64,000 nt of DNA, taken from NCBI RefSeq assembly GCF_964194025.1, contig NC_134470.1:39432001-39496000 (forward strand), read 5' to 3'. The translations under genes and the position numbers were made by a program. The notes under the pieces are model-generated. The model made no database searches. It had not been told where the DNA came from and worked only from the letters and a program-made list of their open reading frames with translations. This document shows, piece by piece, positions 61,307 through 64,000 of the stretch (position 1 is the first letter of the stretch; the number at the start of each line of letters is the position of its first letter). The DNA is from Convolutriloba macropyga (taxonomy: Eukaryota).

Positions 61307-63975
61307 GTTCCCGATCATTGACTTCTACTTTTGATCGTGGGGTAATTAAACTTAGCAACCGTTGAGTACGCTTCTAATGTATTGTTGTTGCTAACCATTG
61401 GTATTTTTTAAGGTTAAAATATGAGAGGTTTTGAGCCCTTGACAGTCCCCTTCGCACCCGTTCCGCAATCGGAACACTCCGCACATGGCCTGATTTACCA
61501 CTTCGTGCACTTCCCCAACCACCATATCCGCACCTATCCATTCCGATTCTACCTAGCTTGCCCTTTCTCCCTCAATTACATACATCCTTCACCCAACCAG
61601 ACACCCTCCTATCTACCTCCTCCCTTATCATTAATGATAATTCTTGAAGTAAGAATTATTTTCACTTCTTTTTAACCATCTCTGTAATAATATTGGGAAA
61701 AGTGCGCTGTTTTTGTATGTTTGTTTTTTTTCTGATCGGTTTATTTTGTCTATTTTTATTTGTTCCATTGACCTGAATCTTGGGATTGTTACCGGTTTTC
61801 TGCCTGTTGTCTGTTTCTCTATTATGAGCTGTGATCTTTCAAAATCCGGTTTTTCTTAGATTGACTTACTAATATGATTTACATGTGCTCTTGCTATTTA
61901 CTTTTTGTTGTCCTTCTATTCCGATTTTTGTTTGGCAATGAATTGTTTCCGTGGAAAGAGAAATAAGAAGAGCCAGTCATTCTTTGGGTGCTGATGACAA
62001 GAAACACATGATACTTATAATATCTACAACTTTTCATGTCGAACTTTTTTCTTGCTTTTTTCCGACATGTTTACCTGTGATAGCTTTTCATAGATTAGTT
62101 TTTTCTCAAAGCATTACTTCTGACTTCCGGAATGCGATTTTTTCCGATGCAAAGATTTTTTGTTCTTTACCGTGTAGTTGAGGAAACTTTTTTGCTCCTG
62201 ACCCTCGATTTCAAGGTAAAGGTCTGCAGCTGGCTTTTACAGGTTTGTTTGCAGTTAGTTTTGTGTCATGATCTTTCGATTTGATGTTCTCGTTCAATTA
62301 AATTCTTTGTCTTGTTTTTCTTGTTTCAGATTAAATTAATCTGTTTTGGCTGACGTTGTTGTTTTTGTCACAGTTTTGGTTCTGATCTGTTGGCTTTGTT
62401 TTAGTTGGTTTTTGGGATTTGAGACTTATCTAGATGCTTCCCCTTTTTCTTATAATTCACAGAATTGCAATTGTATTTGGAGTTGTGTTATACGAACTAA
62501 GGTAACATTACGAACCGAATCGTTTGTAATGGTGATCTGATTGTTTTGATATTGGTGAAATATCTGCGACACAGATTCTAATAGTCAATGTCGCCTGTGA
62601 AAAAAAGTTGGTTCCCAAGCATTGACTTCTGCTTTTGATTCAAGAGTAATTAAAATTAGAAGCCGCTGAGTTAGCTTCTAATGTACTGCTGTTAGTAACG
62701 GTTGGTATTTTTCAAGGTTAAAATGTGTTTTTGACGCCTTGATTGTCCCCATCGGAACCGTTCTGCAATCGGAACCCTCCGCACATGGCCTTGTATTTTA
62801 CCCCCCCCCCCCCACCTCTACCCAAATGCACTTCCCCAACTGCCTTATACGCACCGACCCAGGGCTCTACGCCCTAACTTGCCCTTTCTACCTGAATTAC
62901 ATATACCCTTCTCCCAACTGGACACCCTCCTCTCTACCTCATACCTTGTCATTAAATATAGTTCTTGAATTAAAAAGTATTTTGACTTCATTTTAACGAG
63001 CTATGTATTAATTTTGGTGAATGTGCTCGCTTTTTTATTTTTCTCGATTTTCTTTTTGATCGGTTTAGTGTTATTTTTTTTGTTCAATTGGCCTGAGTTT
63101 TGGAGTTGTTTCCGGTTGTCTGCCTGTTGGTCTGTTTCTCCTCCATTGAGAGCTCCGAGCGTTAAGAGTCGATTTTTCTTAGATTGACTTTATTGATATT
63201 AATTACAATTGATCTTGCTATTTGCTTTTTGTTCTGTGTTTGACAATGAATTTTTTCTGAGGAATGAGCAATAAGAATAGACAGTCATTCTTTGGTTCTT
63301 GTTGACAAGAGCAGTTATATTTTAATACCTACAAAATTTCTCATGTTGCACGTTTTTCTTGATTTTTATCCAACATTTTTACCTGAGATAGCTTTCCATA
63401 GCTTAATTTAGTGAGCAGAGAATTTCCTGACTTCAGAATTTAGTTTTTTTCCTAATCCGAATAATTTTTTACTTGTTTTTTTTGCCATTTAGTTGAGGAA
63501 ACTGTTTTCTCTGGCCTCTAGATTTGAAGGTAAAGGCCTGTAGTTCGCTTTCAAAAGTTTGCTAGCAGTTAGTTTTCTGTCATGATCTTTCGTTCTTATG
63601 TTTTAGTGAAATTTGTTTGTTTGAACCCATTTGTTCTGTTTTTTCCTCTTGTTTCATATCAAATTAAATCTTTTTTGTCTAACTTTGTTGTTTTGTCACA
63701 TTTTTGGTTGTTGTGATTTGTTGGCTTTGTTTCAGTGGGTGTTTGGGATTACCTGAGTCCATTTTAACTATCCCAGAGGCTATTTGGATGCTTATAAATT
63801 CTTATAATTCTTTCTTATAATTCAAGGAATTTCCATTGTATTTGGAGCTGTCTTTCAGAACTAAGGCAACATTACGAACCGAATGGTATTAATGGTGATC
63901 GACTGCTTGTTTTTTTTTAATTGGTGAAGTTTCAGCGGAACATGATCTGATGGTCAATGCCGCGTGTGAAAACAA
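61307..63975. repeat. Old diverged tandem repeat, period about 1.3 kb (61307-62610 / 62611-about 63975)
   Basis: Colinear shared blocks: CATTGACTTCT, AAGGTTAAAAT, CAATCGGAAC..TCCGCACATGGCCT, AGTTGAGGAAACT, CATTACGAACCGAAT, GTCAATG.CGC.TGTGAAAA. Confidence 0.85.
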
Positions 63976-64000
63976 CCGTTCATGTTACAGCAAACGTTTT

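Overview
AT-rich eukaryotic (animal-like) genomic DNA containing two spliced + strand protein-coding genes. The first is a LENG8/THP3-like SAC3/GANP (PCI) gene with 4 coding exons (21846-36799, about 983 aa). The second is NDUFA9, the complex I 39-kDa SDR subunit, with 3 coding exons (42542-49219, about 394 aa). Most of the remainder is repeat DNA: a decayed APE+RT LINE (about 8.8-11 kb, minus strand), a decayed BEL/Pao LTR retrotransposon inside NDUFA9 intron 2, and at least four families (my labels A-D) of non-coding elements with DINE-1/HINE (non-autonomous Helentron, rolling-circle) architecture. That architecture is 5' TT + subTIR + inverted copy, and 3' subTIR + short hairpin + CTTGTT/CTATGTT. 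The most notable structure is that these families are stacked Russian-doll fashion, repeatedly inserting into the T-run about 42-55 nt behind another element's 5' hairpin, in reciprocal orders. Also notable are a direct-plus-inverted amplification of the NDUFA9 3' end together with a family-A 5' terminus, and short templated 'stutters' at four independent rearrangement junctions. For these elements, + strand means the 5' subTIR to 3' hairpin direction. All coordinates were read by eye; no alignment or database search was run.
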